In this document: positions 39,977-50,454 of the stretch, in pieces | Layout of the letters: the number at the start of each line of letters is the position of its first letter | How positions within the stretch are numbered: position 1 is the stretch's first letter | Assembly (NCBI GenBank): GCA_977017645.1 | Contig: OZ360225.1 | Span: 126,914,001-126,978,000, forward strand | DNA from: Torpedo marmorata | Lineage: Eukaryota | Direction: 5' to 3' | DNA length: 64,000 nt | The notes under the pieces: generated by a model | What the model was told of the DNA's origin: nothing | Seen by the model: the letters and a program-made list of their open reading frames with translations, nothing else | The model's database searches: none | Translations under genes and position numbers: made by a program

Positions 39977-40707
39977 CAGGTAGTCCTTAACTTACGTCCA
40001 CCCGCACATACGACCAAAATTTTTTTTGTATTAAAAGTACTGTATATATGTTGAGATTCTTTATTACAGTATTTACTTGAAGTTCATAAAAATTGCATAA
40101 TAAAGTGTGCGACGACGCTGAACGCTCACAGCTTAACGCTGCTCAGCAGCATGTTTAAACTCGTTTAGAAGTAGTCATTGGACTCGGGCGTCAGGCAGGA
40201 GCGGCGGCTCAATGCGGGATCAATGGCCGTCTTCGTTACCCATAATCCCCCACGCAGCTGGAACTGCTCTGCCAGTGCCAGCGCCAGGGAAACGCAGAGC
40301 GGTTCCAGCTGCGTGGGGATTATGTGTAACGAAGACATGTTCGGGGGGTCGGGAGCTAGGATGGATGGAAGGCCCAGGCAAGGATCCGGCGTCGGGAGCT
40401 CAGGTGGGCGAGTGGCCAAGGCGTCGGGGTGTCTGGAGCTCCGATAAGCGGGTGGCTGGTGCATTGGGAGCTCGGATGGGTGAGCTGTTCCATAAGGATG
40501 GGTTTCCCTAGAATTAGCTAGGACCAGAATCCAAGTATATACAACAACTAGAGCTGGAAACAAGGCTTTAAACTGAAAATAATGTTGATGGTGGTGGTAG
40601 TTGGGGTGGTAGCAGATATGCGCGGCAGGATGAATCTGATTTATGACCAATCCGAGTTACGACCACTCCTTCGGTCCCAATTACGGTCGTAAGTCGAGGA
40701 CTACCTG
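39977..40707. mobile_element. Tigger/pogo-type MITE
   Basis: TA|CAGGTAGTCCTTAACTTACG ... CGTAAGTCGAGGACTACCTG|TA, with a GC-rich core of GGGAGCTC..GATGG repeats. Confidence 0.88.
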
Positions 40708-41681
40708 TACTCAATCCTACACCAACTTTGTTGAGATTGAGGTCCAAAAAGTGAAAGCAGAATTAGATGGACAACTGGCCACTTAAGTCTTCCCTTATTT
40801 GCATAATTTTGGATTTATTATCACCACTGTGACCAAATAGCATTAGACTGTCTTGGGGGGGTGCAGAAAAGAGGGGAAGTGAGCAGCAAATTCACTCAGA
40901 AATCCTGCCAAGCTCCACTCACCTTGGCAGCATGCATGGAGAGAGCAAAGGAGAAATGGAAGAGGAAACTGGAGCTAGTGGCACAATCCAACTTTCAAAA
41001 ACACAGAAATGCTGGAGGAACTTGTTTATACTACAATCACAGCACCTGCAGACTTTCGTGTCTAACCACAATCCAACTTTTGCCCGTTTTCCACAGCAAC
41101 CTAATTTGAAAGAATTTCAGGCCCTTATTTTGTTTCCAAAAACTTACAGCACATAAGAACTTGTTGTTCAGGGATAATGATCATCATTCCTGTCTTGGAA
41201 GGATTACATGCCTTTTTTCAAGTGAAACTACAGGAAATAAAGAATGGGTTTTTCTTGTGCCATTTCATAGTGTTTGACAACTTTAATCTTTGGTTTCGAC
41301 TTGCAATTTGATCTCGTATTTTAATGTAATTTGTGACACTGATTAAAATAATAAATATTAGTAGTGTGAACCTTTATATGAATATAATTATAAAATCACC
41401 TCAATATGTAATGTGCTTGGAAAAAAAGAGTTCATATTTAACATTTCTAACATTTAATCTTTATGAAAGGAAATGTTTGATACATGTAATTTTTTTCTGA
41501 ATTTTATATCTTTGTGAAGTGTACATTCACAAATGCATCTTCTACAATCTCATCAGAAATAACTTGTAAACTGGGAAGGTAAATGCACTGTTTCTCATAA
41601 TATAGTTTGATGCAAACAAATTCCAAACATACTATGAAGCTCTTTATGGCATGTGATATTTTCAAAATGATGTTGACACAT

Positions 41682-41905
41682 GGGGCGGCACGGTTTGCAT
41701 AGCCGTTAGCGCAACGCTGTTGCTGCGCCAGCGATCGGAACCGGGTTTCAAATCCCGCGATGTCTGTAAGAAGTTTGTACGTTCTCCCTGTGTCTGCATG
41801 GGTTTTCCCCGGGGGCTTCGGTTTCCTCCCACTGTTCAAAAACCTACCGGTGGTTGTAGGTCAATCGAGTGTAATTGGGCGGCACGGGCTCGTGGGCCGA
41901 AAACA
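41682..41905 (+). mobile_element. V-domain SINE (HE1-like)
   Basis: Same family as 1-248. Confidence 0.85.
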
Positions 41906-42118
41906 AAATAGTTTGTGCAGGGTACAGTTTGCAGGATTACGATGTTCACTGCATATATTTTAATGCATAATACTTAAAAATGGATGCTTCTGAGAAATCA
42001 GTTATTTTCCTTTTTTTTTAAAAATATAGCCATTTTGCACATTCCATGTAAGAATTAGAAAAGGTATTAGTGGTGCCTTCACTACTTCTGAAGCATTAAA
42101 AAAATCATTTTTATTAGA

Positions 42119-43080
42119 TAGCAATACACACAAGCACTGGAAAAACTCAGCAGATCATGCAGCAACTATAGCAAGTAAAAGGTAACCAACGTTTCAGGCC
42201 TGCGCCCTTTGTCAAGGTATGAGCAAAAAGCAGACAAGCGCTTGACTAAAAGATGTGGGGAAGAAGGGTGGGAGGAAGGGACAAGGGGAGGAGTACAGGA
42301 TAACAGGCAAGAGATCATAGGTGGATATGGCTGTAAAGGTAGAAGATAAAAAAGTTGAGAAATGATATGGGGAGGGGTTAGAACTCTGAATAGAGGGGGA
42401 AGGAAAGGGAGTGGGGAGCTGGAGAAAAGGAGACAGAGAGATAGGGAGAGACAGAGACCCGGGAAGGTGTTTAATGGACGTTAATGCTGTCTGGTCGGAG
42501 AGTGAAGGTGTCGTTCCTTCAATTTACTGGAAGCCTTGGTTTGGCAGTGCCTGAGGCCATAGATAGACAGGTCGGTGTAAGAATGATGTGTGGAATTACA
42601 ACAGTTGGCCACTGCGATGTCCCTGATATTGCAGTGGACAGAGCGAAGGTGCTCAACGAAAGAATCTCCCTGTCTGCGTCCAGTCTCTCTGATGTAGTGG
42701 AGGCCACAATAGGAGCACTGGATGCAGTAGATGACCCCTGGAAATTCACAAGTGAATTGTTGCTTCACTTGGAAGGCCAGTTTGGGGTCCCGAATAATGG
42801 CAAGGGAGGAAGTGTGTATCATTTCTTGCAGTCACAGGTGTTGGTACTGAAGGGGTGATTAGTGGGACGGGATGATGAGTCCCAGAGGGAGTGGTTCCTG
42901 CAGAAAAGGATAGAGGTGTCTGGTGGTGGGATCATGTTGTACATTGTGGAAATTGCAGAAAATAATATGTTGGATGTGGAGGCTGGTGGGGTAGTAGTTG
43001 AAGACAAGAGGAATCTTGTCCTTTTGCTTTGCAGAGTGGGCAGTGCAGATGTGCCGGAAATAGAGGAGATGTGTGTAAGG
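42119..43080 (-). mobile_element. Penelope-like element 3' part with GIY-YIG endonuclease remnant
   Basis: FTCEFPGVIYCIQCSYCGLHYIRETGRR..FVEH (GIY-YIG with Cys insert) and IPLVFNYYP. Terminal segment carries a decayed hammerhead-like motif near 42185-42220. Confidence 0.85.
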
Positions 43081-44143
43081 GCTGTACAAACTCTAGGCCT
43101 CTGTACCCCACTCTGCAACTGGATCCTTGACTTTCTCATCGGAAGACCACAGTCAGTACGAATTGGAAACAACGTCTCCTCCTCACTGATTATCAACACA
43201 GGCGCACCCCAAGGATGCGTGCTTAGTCCACTGCTCTTCTCATTATACACCCATGACTGTGTGGCCAGGCACAATTCCAATGCCATCTACAAGTTTGCCG
43301 ATGACACCACAGTTGTCGGCAGAATCACAAACAGCAATGAGGAAGCGTACGGGAGGGAGATAGATCAGCTCGTTGAATGGTGTAACGACAACAACCTTGC
43401 ACTCAACGTCAGCAAAACCAAGGAGATGATTGTAGACTTAAGGAGGAAGTCAGGGGAACACGACCCAGTCCTCATCGAGGGCTCAGTAGTGGAGAGAGGG
43501 CTCAGTAGTGGAGAGAGTCAAGAACTTCAAATTCCTGGGTGTCAACATCTCCGAGGATCTGTCCTGGAGTCTCCACATTGATGCAATCACAAAGAAGGCT
43601 CGCCAGCGGCTATACTTTGTGAGGAGTCTGAGGAGATTTGGTATGTCACCGAAGACTCTCGTAAACTTCTACAGGTGTACCGCGCAGAGCATTCTGGCTG
43701 GTTGCATCACTGCCTGGTATGGAGGCGCCAACTCCAGGACAAGAATAAACTCCAGAGGGTTGTTAACTCGGCCTGTGACATCACAGGCACCAGACTTCAC
43801 TCCATCGAGGAAATCTACATGAGGCGGTGTCTTAAAAAAGCAGCCTCTATCCTCAAAGACCCCCAGCACCCAGGCCATGCCCTCTTCACTCTGCTACCAT
43901 CGGGAAAAAGGTACAGGAACCTAAAGACGAGCACTCAATGGCACAAGGACAGCTTCTTCCCCACTGCCATCAGATTCCTGAATAATCAATGAACCAAAGA
44001 CATTGCCTTACTTTTCGTGCACTATTATTTATATATTTCTTTATAGTAATGACGTAAGATGGTTATAATATGAATGTTAGCACTATGATGCTGCCGCAAA
44101 ACACTTGACTTGTTCATGACAATAAATTCTGATTCTGAATCTG
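43081..44143 (+). mobile_element. Rex1/Babar family A LINE, 5'-truncated
   Basis: [30 protein letters not shown] 19-nt tandem duplication near 43477-43514 shifts the frame. Tail AATAAATTCTGATTCTGAATCTGA. Confidence 0.92.
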
Positions 44144-44704
44144 ATTAGATTGCCTGTTTTAATTTTCACTAATTGCATCAATTTCAAAGTAGAATGATAA
44201 TAGCCGCAGTTGTTCTTAGCTAATGCAGAAGACATCACCGAACTTTTAGCAAGGTGCACGATGCAGCTCTTAAAATCTCAAGAGGCAGAAGTGACATAGA
44301 TTTCAATTTATTTGCTATTACATGGATAGAAGTTATTTGTATAAAGAAAGAAAGACCAAAATTAGACAGCCTCAAGCAAAATGAAGATTAAGAAAATATA
44401 AAGTACTGCAGTTAATGGAAATCTGAAATAAAAAGATCAGAAATACCAAGTGGATCAGGGAGCATTCATGGAGAAAGAAGCAGAGTTAACATTTCAGATT
44501 AATGACTTAATATGAACATAGACATTTTTTCCACCTGCAGAGTAATCAGTCGTGGGATATCAATCTAACCATCAATAGTAGTAGAAGTATTCATTTATTT
44601 TAATAACCAAAAATATGGGAACTTACACATAATGATGACAGCCACAACATATTTGCTGGAGGCAAATTGTGCTGACAAATTTGATTGAATTCTTTGATGA
44701 AATA

Positions 44705-45488
44705 ATTTCAGATTTATTGTCAAAGTACATACATGACATCACATACAACCCTGAGATTCCCTTTTCCTGCGGGTGCGGCAGAATTACCACTAATTGATAG
44801 TGCAAAAATAAACTGTACACAGCGTACAAATAAAAGAACTGTAAACAGATAACGAATGTAAACAAACTGACTGTGCAATACAGAGGGAACAAAGAAAATC
44901 AATCAATAAAGTGCACAAGTAAGAGTCCTTAAATGAGTCTCTGATTGACTTTGTCATTGAGGAGTCTGATGGTAGAGGGGTAGCAGCTGTTCCTGAACCT
45001 GGCGATACGAGTCTTGTGGCACCTTTACCTCTTTCCTGATGGCAGCAGCGAGAACCGATCATGTGCTGGGAGGTGTAGGTCTTTGATGATTGTTGCTGCC
45101 CTCCGACAGCAGCGTTCCCTGTAGATGTACTCAGTAAAGGGGAGGGTTTTACCTGTAATGTCCTGGGCTGTGTCCACTACCTTTTGGAGGGCTTTACGCT
45201 CAGCGGTATATTGGTGTTCCTATACCAGACTGTGATGCAGCCGGTCAGCACACTTTCCACCACACCTCTGTAGAAATTTGCCAGGGTTTCTGGTGTCATA
45301 CCAAACCTCCGCAAACTCCTGAGGAAGTAGAGGCGCTGACGTGCTTTCTTCACGATGCCTTTAGTGTGTTGGGTCCAGGAAAGATCCTCCGAGATAGTGA
45401 CTCCCAAGAACCTAAATTTTCTCACCCTCTCCACCTCTGATCCCCTAATGATCACTGGATTGTATACCTCTGGCTTTCCTTTCCTGAA
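44705..45488 (-). mobile_element. Rex1/Babar family B LINE, 5'-truncated
   Basis: VERVRKFRFLGVTISEDLSW..KKARQRLYFLRSLRRFGM. The 3' UTR matches the copy at 15713. Confidence 0.9.
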
Positions 45489-45553
45489 ATAATGAGAGGT
45501 AAATCTGGTTTGGTTGACTATCTGTATACCTGTATATCTATCTATATTTATAT

Positions 45554-45704
45554 ATAAATAAGTAAACAGAAAAGCACACTACTCACATGTGCCCGACAAG
45601 CTTGTTTCGTGGATCTTTCCACTCTTCCCTGAAGAGTGGAAAGATCCACGAAACAAGCTTGTCGGGCACATGTGAGTAGTGTGCTTTTCTGTTTACTTAT
45701 TTAT
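45554..45704. repeat. Perfect inverted repeat, 74-bp arms with a 3-nt loop (CCT)
   Basis: 45554-45627 is the exact reverse complement of 45631-45704. Confidence 0.92.
45626..45666 (+). ncRNA. Type I hammerhead ribozyme motif
   Basis: TCC-CTGAAGA-GTGGA(AAGA)TCCAC-GAA-AC(AAGCTT)GT-C-GGG. All conserved core positions are present, with a 5-bp stem II, a palindromic stem III, a GUC cleavage triplet and a 3-bp stem I. Confidence 0.75.
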
Positions 45705-45750
45705 TTAGCTCCACATTACGTGTTGAGCACTATTTTATAGTGAAGATCAA

Positions 45751-45964
45751 NNNNNNNNNNNNNNNNNNNNNNNNNNNNNNNNNNNNNNNNNNNNNNNNNN
45801 NNNNNNNNNNNNNNNNNNNNNNNNNNNNNNNNNNNNNNNNNNNNNNNNNNNNNNNNNNNNNNNNNNNNNNNNNNNNNNNNNNNNNNNNNNNNNNNNNNNN
45901 NNNNNNNNNNNNNNNNNNNNNNNNNNNNNNNNNNNNNNNNNNNNNNNNNNNNNNNNNNNNNNNN
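45751..45964. other. Assembly gap (214 N)
   Basis: Run of N. Confidence 1.
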
Positions 45965-46003
45965 TCACTATAAAATAGTGCTCAACACGTAATGTGGAGC
46001 TAA

Positions 46004-46115
46004 ATAAATAAGTAAACAGAAAAGCACACTACTCACATGTGCCCGACAAGCTTGTTTCGTGGATCCACGAAACAAGCTTGTCGGGCACATGTGAGTAGTG
46101 TGCTTTTCTGTTTAC

Positions 46116-46123
<8 letters not shown>
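46004..46123. repeat. Perfect loopless palindrome (60-bp arms) made of the same unit as 45554-45704
   Basis: Centre GGA|TCC at 46063/46064; the arms are exact reverse complements. Confidence 0.9.
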
Positions 46124-46177
<54 letters not shown>

Positions 46178-46243
46178 CACGTGTGTGTATATACTTTATA
46201 TATACCGTATATACACATACATGTACGTATATATATATATATA
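46121..46243. repeat. (TA)n/(CA)n microsatellite
   Basis: Read directly from the sequence. Confidence 0.9.
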
Positions 46244-47189
46244 CTGTATATTTCGGAATATAAGTCGACCCCCCTTTTCTCAGCCTCATTTTAATGGTTT
46301 TATTGTATATCCGGCATATAAGTCGACCCCCAATTTTCGGGCTGTCCTGGCCTCCCAGCAACAACCCAAAATTTGTTACAACACCCCAATCGCCAAGTAA
46401 CAAAGCTGTAAATTAAGCAAGTAAAAAAAACAGTAAAAAAAACCTTTGCTTCTGACCGGGAAGATGCCAAACAGAGCTGGGTCCAAGTCTTCAGCTTCGG
46501 CTGCAGCCAGAGTCGGTGACGGGTGACTCCATTCTCCACATCGGGTGCGGTGCTGTCCACATCGAAGAAGTCACCTCACTGCCCAAGTGTGCTCAGTGCA
46601 GGAACGACAGCTACGTGTCGGCTCCCGGGCAGGAGTGGGGACTCGTTCTCCCGGGCAGGAGCGGCGACCTCGTTCTCCCGGGCAGGAGCGGCGACCTCGT
46701 TCTCCCGGGCAGGAGCAGCGACTTCGGTCTCCTCAGCAGAAGTGGTGACATCGGCTTACATGGCAGGAGCAGTGACCTCGTTCTCCCGGCAGGTCGGGAA
46801 CGGACTCGGACTACGTGGCAGGAGCAGGAACCTCACCCTACCGGTCAGGAGCCTCGGCTTACCGGGCAGGAGCGGCGACCTCAGGCTCCCGGGTAGGAGC
46901 AGGGACCTCGGGCTCTATAATTGTAGAATGTCTGGGTGGTTTATGCCGGCGGTGGGGAGGTGGTGGGGAGGTGCTTCCAGGGTCGACCTATACGCCGAGT
47001 AGGTTTTTCATGGGTCGACTTATATGCCGAATCAGGTTTTCAAGGGTCGACTTATACGCCGAATCGGCGTGGAGTGGTTTTTGAGCTGATTTTAAGGTCT
47101 CAAAAGTATATCCGGCGTATAAGTCGACCCCCGTTTTTTGAGAGATTTTTGAGGGTGTCAAGACTCGACTTACACACCGAAATATTGGG
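46244..47189. mobile_element. TA-flanked pogo/Tc-type non-autonomous DNA transposon with a 27-bp internal minisatellite (about 46620-46910)
   Basis: TA|CTGTATATTTCGGAATATAAGTCGA ... TCGACTTACACACCGAAATATTGGG|TA. Multiple subterminal ATAAGTCGACC motifs. Repeat unit CTCGTTCTCCCGGGCAGGAGCGGCGAC. Confidence 0.8.
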
Positions 47190-47236
47190 TATATATACAT
47201 ATATGTCTATGTCTATAGTCAAAAGTAGTTGACAAA

Positions 47237-47500
47237 GGGCGGCACGGTTGGTGTAGCGGTTAGCGTAACGCCTTTACAGCACCAGCGATTGGGACCGGAC
47301 CTGAGTTTGAATCCCGCGCTGTCTGTAAGGAGTTTGTACGTTCTCCCCGTGTCTGCGTGGGTTTTCTCCGGGAGCTCCGGTTTCCTCCCACCATTCAAAA
47401 CGTACCGGGAGTGTAGGTTAATGGGGTGTAAATTGGGCGGCATGAACTCGTCGGGCCGAAATGGCCTGTTACAGTGCTGTATGTATACATTTTTTTTAAA
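47237..47500 (+). mobile_element. V-domain SINE (HE1-like)
   Basis: Same family as 1-248 and 41682-41905. Confidence 0.88.
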
Positions 47501-48574
47501 CAGTGGAATTTATAAATGTGATAACAAAATTGAAGGTAGTAAATTAAAAGAAAAGCAGCAGCAATAGCATGGATAAGAGACTGAAAGCAGAGAGAAGTGA
47601 ACTGTTCATTTTGGACCACAATATTCTTGCAAGGAGCTGGAGTTAAATGAATTATGATTGCTGTCATCTCTTTGTACAGGTTGTAGCTAGCCATGGGTAC
47701 TGATAGTAGATGCTTCCTGGTAACTGCTCTTTGCTGACCTCGTACCCAACAAGACAAGTTCACATAATTATTCCTAAGTAGGTATCTCAGGGTCCTTAGA
47801 AAAGGTTGGTGATAACTTATTAATCAGTTGACCATTATTCTTTAGTAAAAACATTGCAAGGTGATGGGTCTAAATCCTGGGCACACTCTAACCATCAGCA
47901 TTGCCTTCAGGACATCTACAGCAGTTCACGGCGGCACCTCACCACCAAGGGCAATAAATGTATAATGAAAAATTCCTATGATTGGTAATAATAGCTGCAA
48001 CAGTAAGTAGAAAATGTGCAACTGTTGGCAAAATTGAATCTCACTCTGATCTCATCAGCAGAGGATACATTTTAGAATCCTTATGTACCAATTTGAAAAA
48101 AACACATATTTTTACATAATGATCTCCTGTCCAATCAATGCTCCCTCTCACCCCTACAATACCATTGAGATTCAACCAAAAAAATCTCAGAATTAATTGA
48201 CAAAATGGTCATTAAATGGATGGGACCAAATTCCATTTTTTCCCAAACTTGGAGACAATCTATATTGAGTGAATAGGAGAAGCAAAGATTAGCCCATTTG
48301 TTACAATTATTAGTGCAAATACTCTTCTTTGATTCCATGAAGTTCATAATTGGTTAATGTTTAACATAAAAGTAGAATAAATAGAAAATACTCCATAATT
48401 TATATTAGCAAAATTCATTCCACCCATGACTTTCCCTTTGATTAAAGAATAATGGAATGATTTCCAGAAAAACGTGCCATCCAGATGAAATAGATTTTTC
48501 CATAAATAAATGCAACAGTTGTTTATGTGAAGTCTTCTTATTGATATGTTACATAGTCTCATGTCTTTTCAAAG

Positions 48575-48695
48575 GTGTCTCTTCCAGATGGAATGAATGC
48601 CACCAGCATATTGCCCTCAACTGGTTCTGAGAAACTGCAATGTTTTCTGAGCAATACTGCAACAGTAACTACAGAAGAATCGTGTAATCCATCTG
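48575..48695 (+). CDS. ZFHX4: ZFHX4 internal coding exon (121 nt, phase 0-1): VSLPDGMNATSILPSTGSEKLQCFLSNTATVTTEESCNPS
   Basis: Acceptor cttttcaaag|GTG and donor TCTG|gtaagt. Phases match both neighbouring exons. Similar to the VPVPD...SEK linker of ZFHX4. Confidence 0.85.
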
Positions 48696-50454
48696 GTAAG
48701 TCCTTCAATAAAACAGATGCCAGCCCTCTGCATGTTTTATGGTATGAGAGCAGTATGAAGTTGGTAAAATTATGATTTGGATGCTAAACATCATTTGCTC
48801 CAACTAACTGATCCCTCAAATGTGCTTTAATGTGCATTTTAAGTGATAAGAAATAGACTCTGCTCACTTAGTTGACCATTAGCACCAGGCATGCATGGAT
48901 AGTTCCCATACAAGACATTTTCATTTGCCACGGGACAAGAAAATCAGCATGGGCTTGGATCAAAGGCTATTAATATTTTTGTATCATTTTACTGGACCAC
49001 AGTTTTAAATACTTGTATTTTACAAGTATACTCAGTCAGATGAGAGATATTAAGACTGAGAGTGACGCAATAGTGTACCACATAGTTTGATGCTGCATTT
49101 AATTCCCTAAGTATAAAACCCATAACTACAAAGTAAATATCATTTCCATCTGAGCAGGTCTTTGGAATTAAGGGTGCATTCTTGAAGAAGCCACTAATAT
49201 TGGAGCTAACAGAGCAGCATTCGATTATGGGGAGTATTTAATGAATTGAAATTCACCAACTTGCAGCTGAACGATGAAGATTTACCACGTGCAGTATTGG
49301 GTATTAGCAATAGAACTAAAGTAGGCCAGGAATACCACAGGGTTTTAAAGGTTATGAATCTTAAAATGAATGTTACTGATGAGTTCATGGAATCTTCAAT
49401 AAGGGGCAAATTAAACTGACCGTAGGTGCAAGAGGATGGGAATATAAATGAGCATCTGTACTCCATGTAATCCCAGCCTATCTAGCTTTTCTGAATAACT
49501 CAAGACTTCCATTCACGTCAACGAGCTGGTGAATCTCCTTGGCATCTCATCCAACAAAGACAAAGGAGCAAGTTCCACTTGCAATCTACGTCGAGTCAGT
49601 AGATGTTCTGGTTTGGGGGTGGGGGAAGAGCCTTGGAGGAGCATTCTGCTTGAATGAATCTCAAGATATTATTCCTGGGTTTAAGAGCCACACAACTAAA
49701 TAAACTAAAGGGACATCTTTACAAATGTTTTTTTTTTACATATTCCTATTTGATTTTGCCTCAAAATTTGAAGGTTGAGGGTTACATCTACATTTAACAA
49801 CCAACATTAATGCTTTGCTGAAGGCATCCACCATTTGTACAAGGCAGAGCATTTTGGATGAAATGTGAAATGAGCCTTCAAATATGTTCCAATATGGATA
49901 GTCTACCCTAGTTGTAATCTGGGATAAAACCTTGATCCCCAAGTTTCCAGCTCATTAATAATGAGGTGCAAGTCCCCTAACTTTGAAAGAAGATTTGCTG
50001 GTATTTGTCCCATTCACTTGTCATGTTCAAGCAGTATTTCAGGTTCATATCTTCAATCACCCAAGTAATCCAGCAGATATTAGCTGTGGAAAATCATGTC
50101 CAGTTCTAAGTCTCTTCAAAGCAATCATGTCAAAGAACCTCTAGGCAGGTTTAAAAGTTTGGAATTTATCATCTTTGATTTGTACAATCTCTCTTGTTCA
50201 TACTCCCAGACAGAGCTTCTATTATGTAAACAAATAAATGTCCTTAAATGGCTTGAAAGATGGCAAGTTGCGGTGTTAGTAGTTACTTATACAGAATACA
50301 ATAGCTTGGGGCTTTTGCATTTGTCTCTGTATATATATATAAAAAAAGATATGGAATTCTTTTTTGGCTACCTGCAGGAAATTTAGGAGAGTTATAGTGT
50401 TTTTGAATCACAGCATATGTTCCTTTCATCTTCCACCATTTTTTTATTGAACAG

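Noticed and set aside
45740-45973. Poly-X ORFs
   Set aside because: Artefacts of the N gap.
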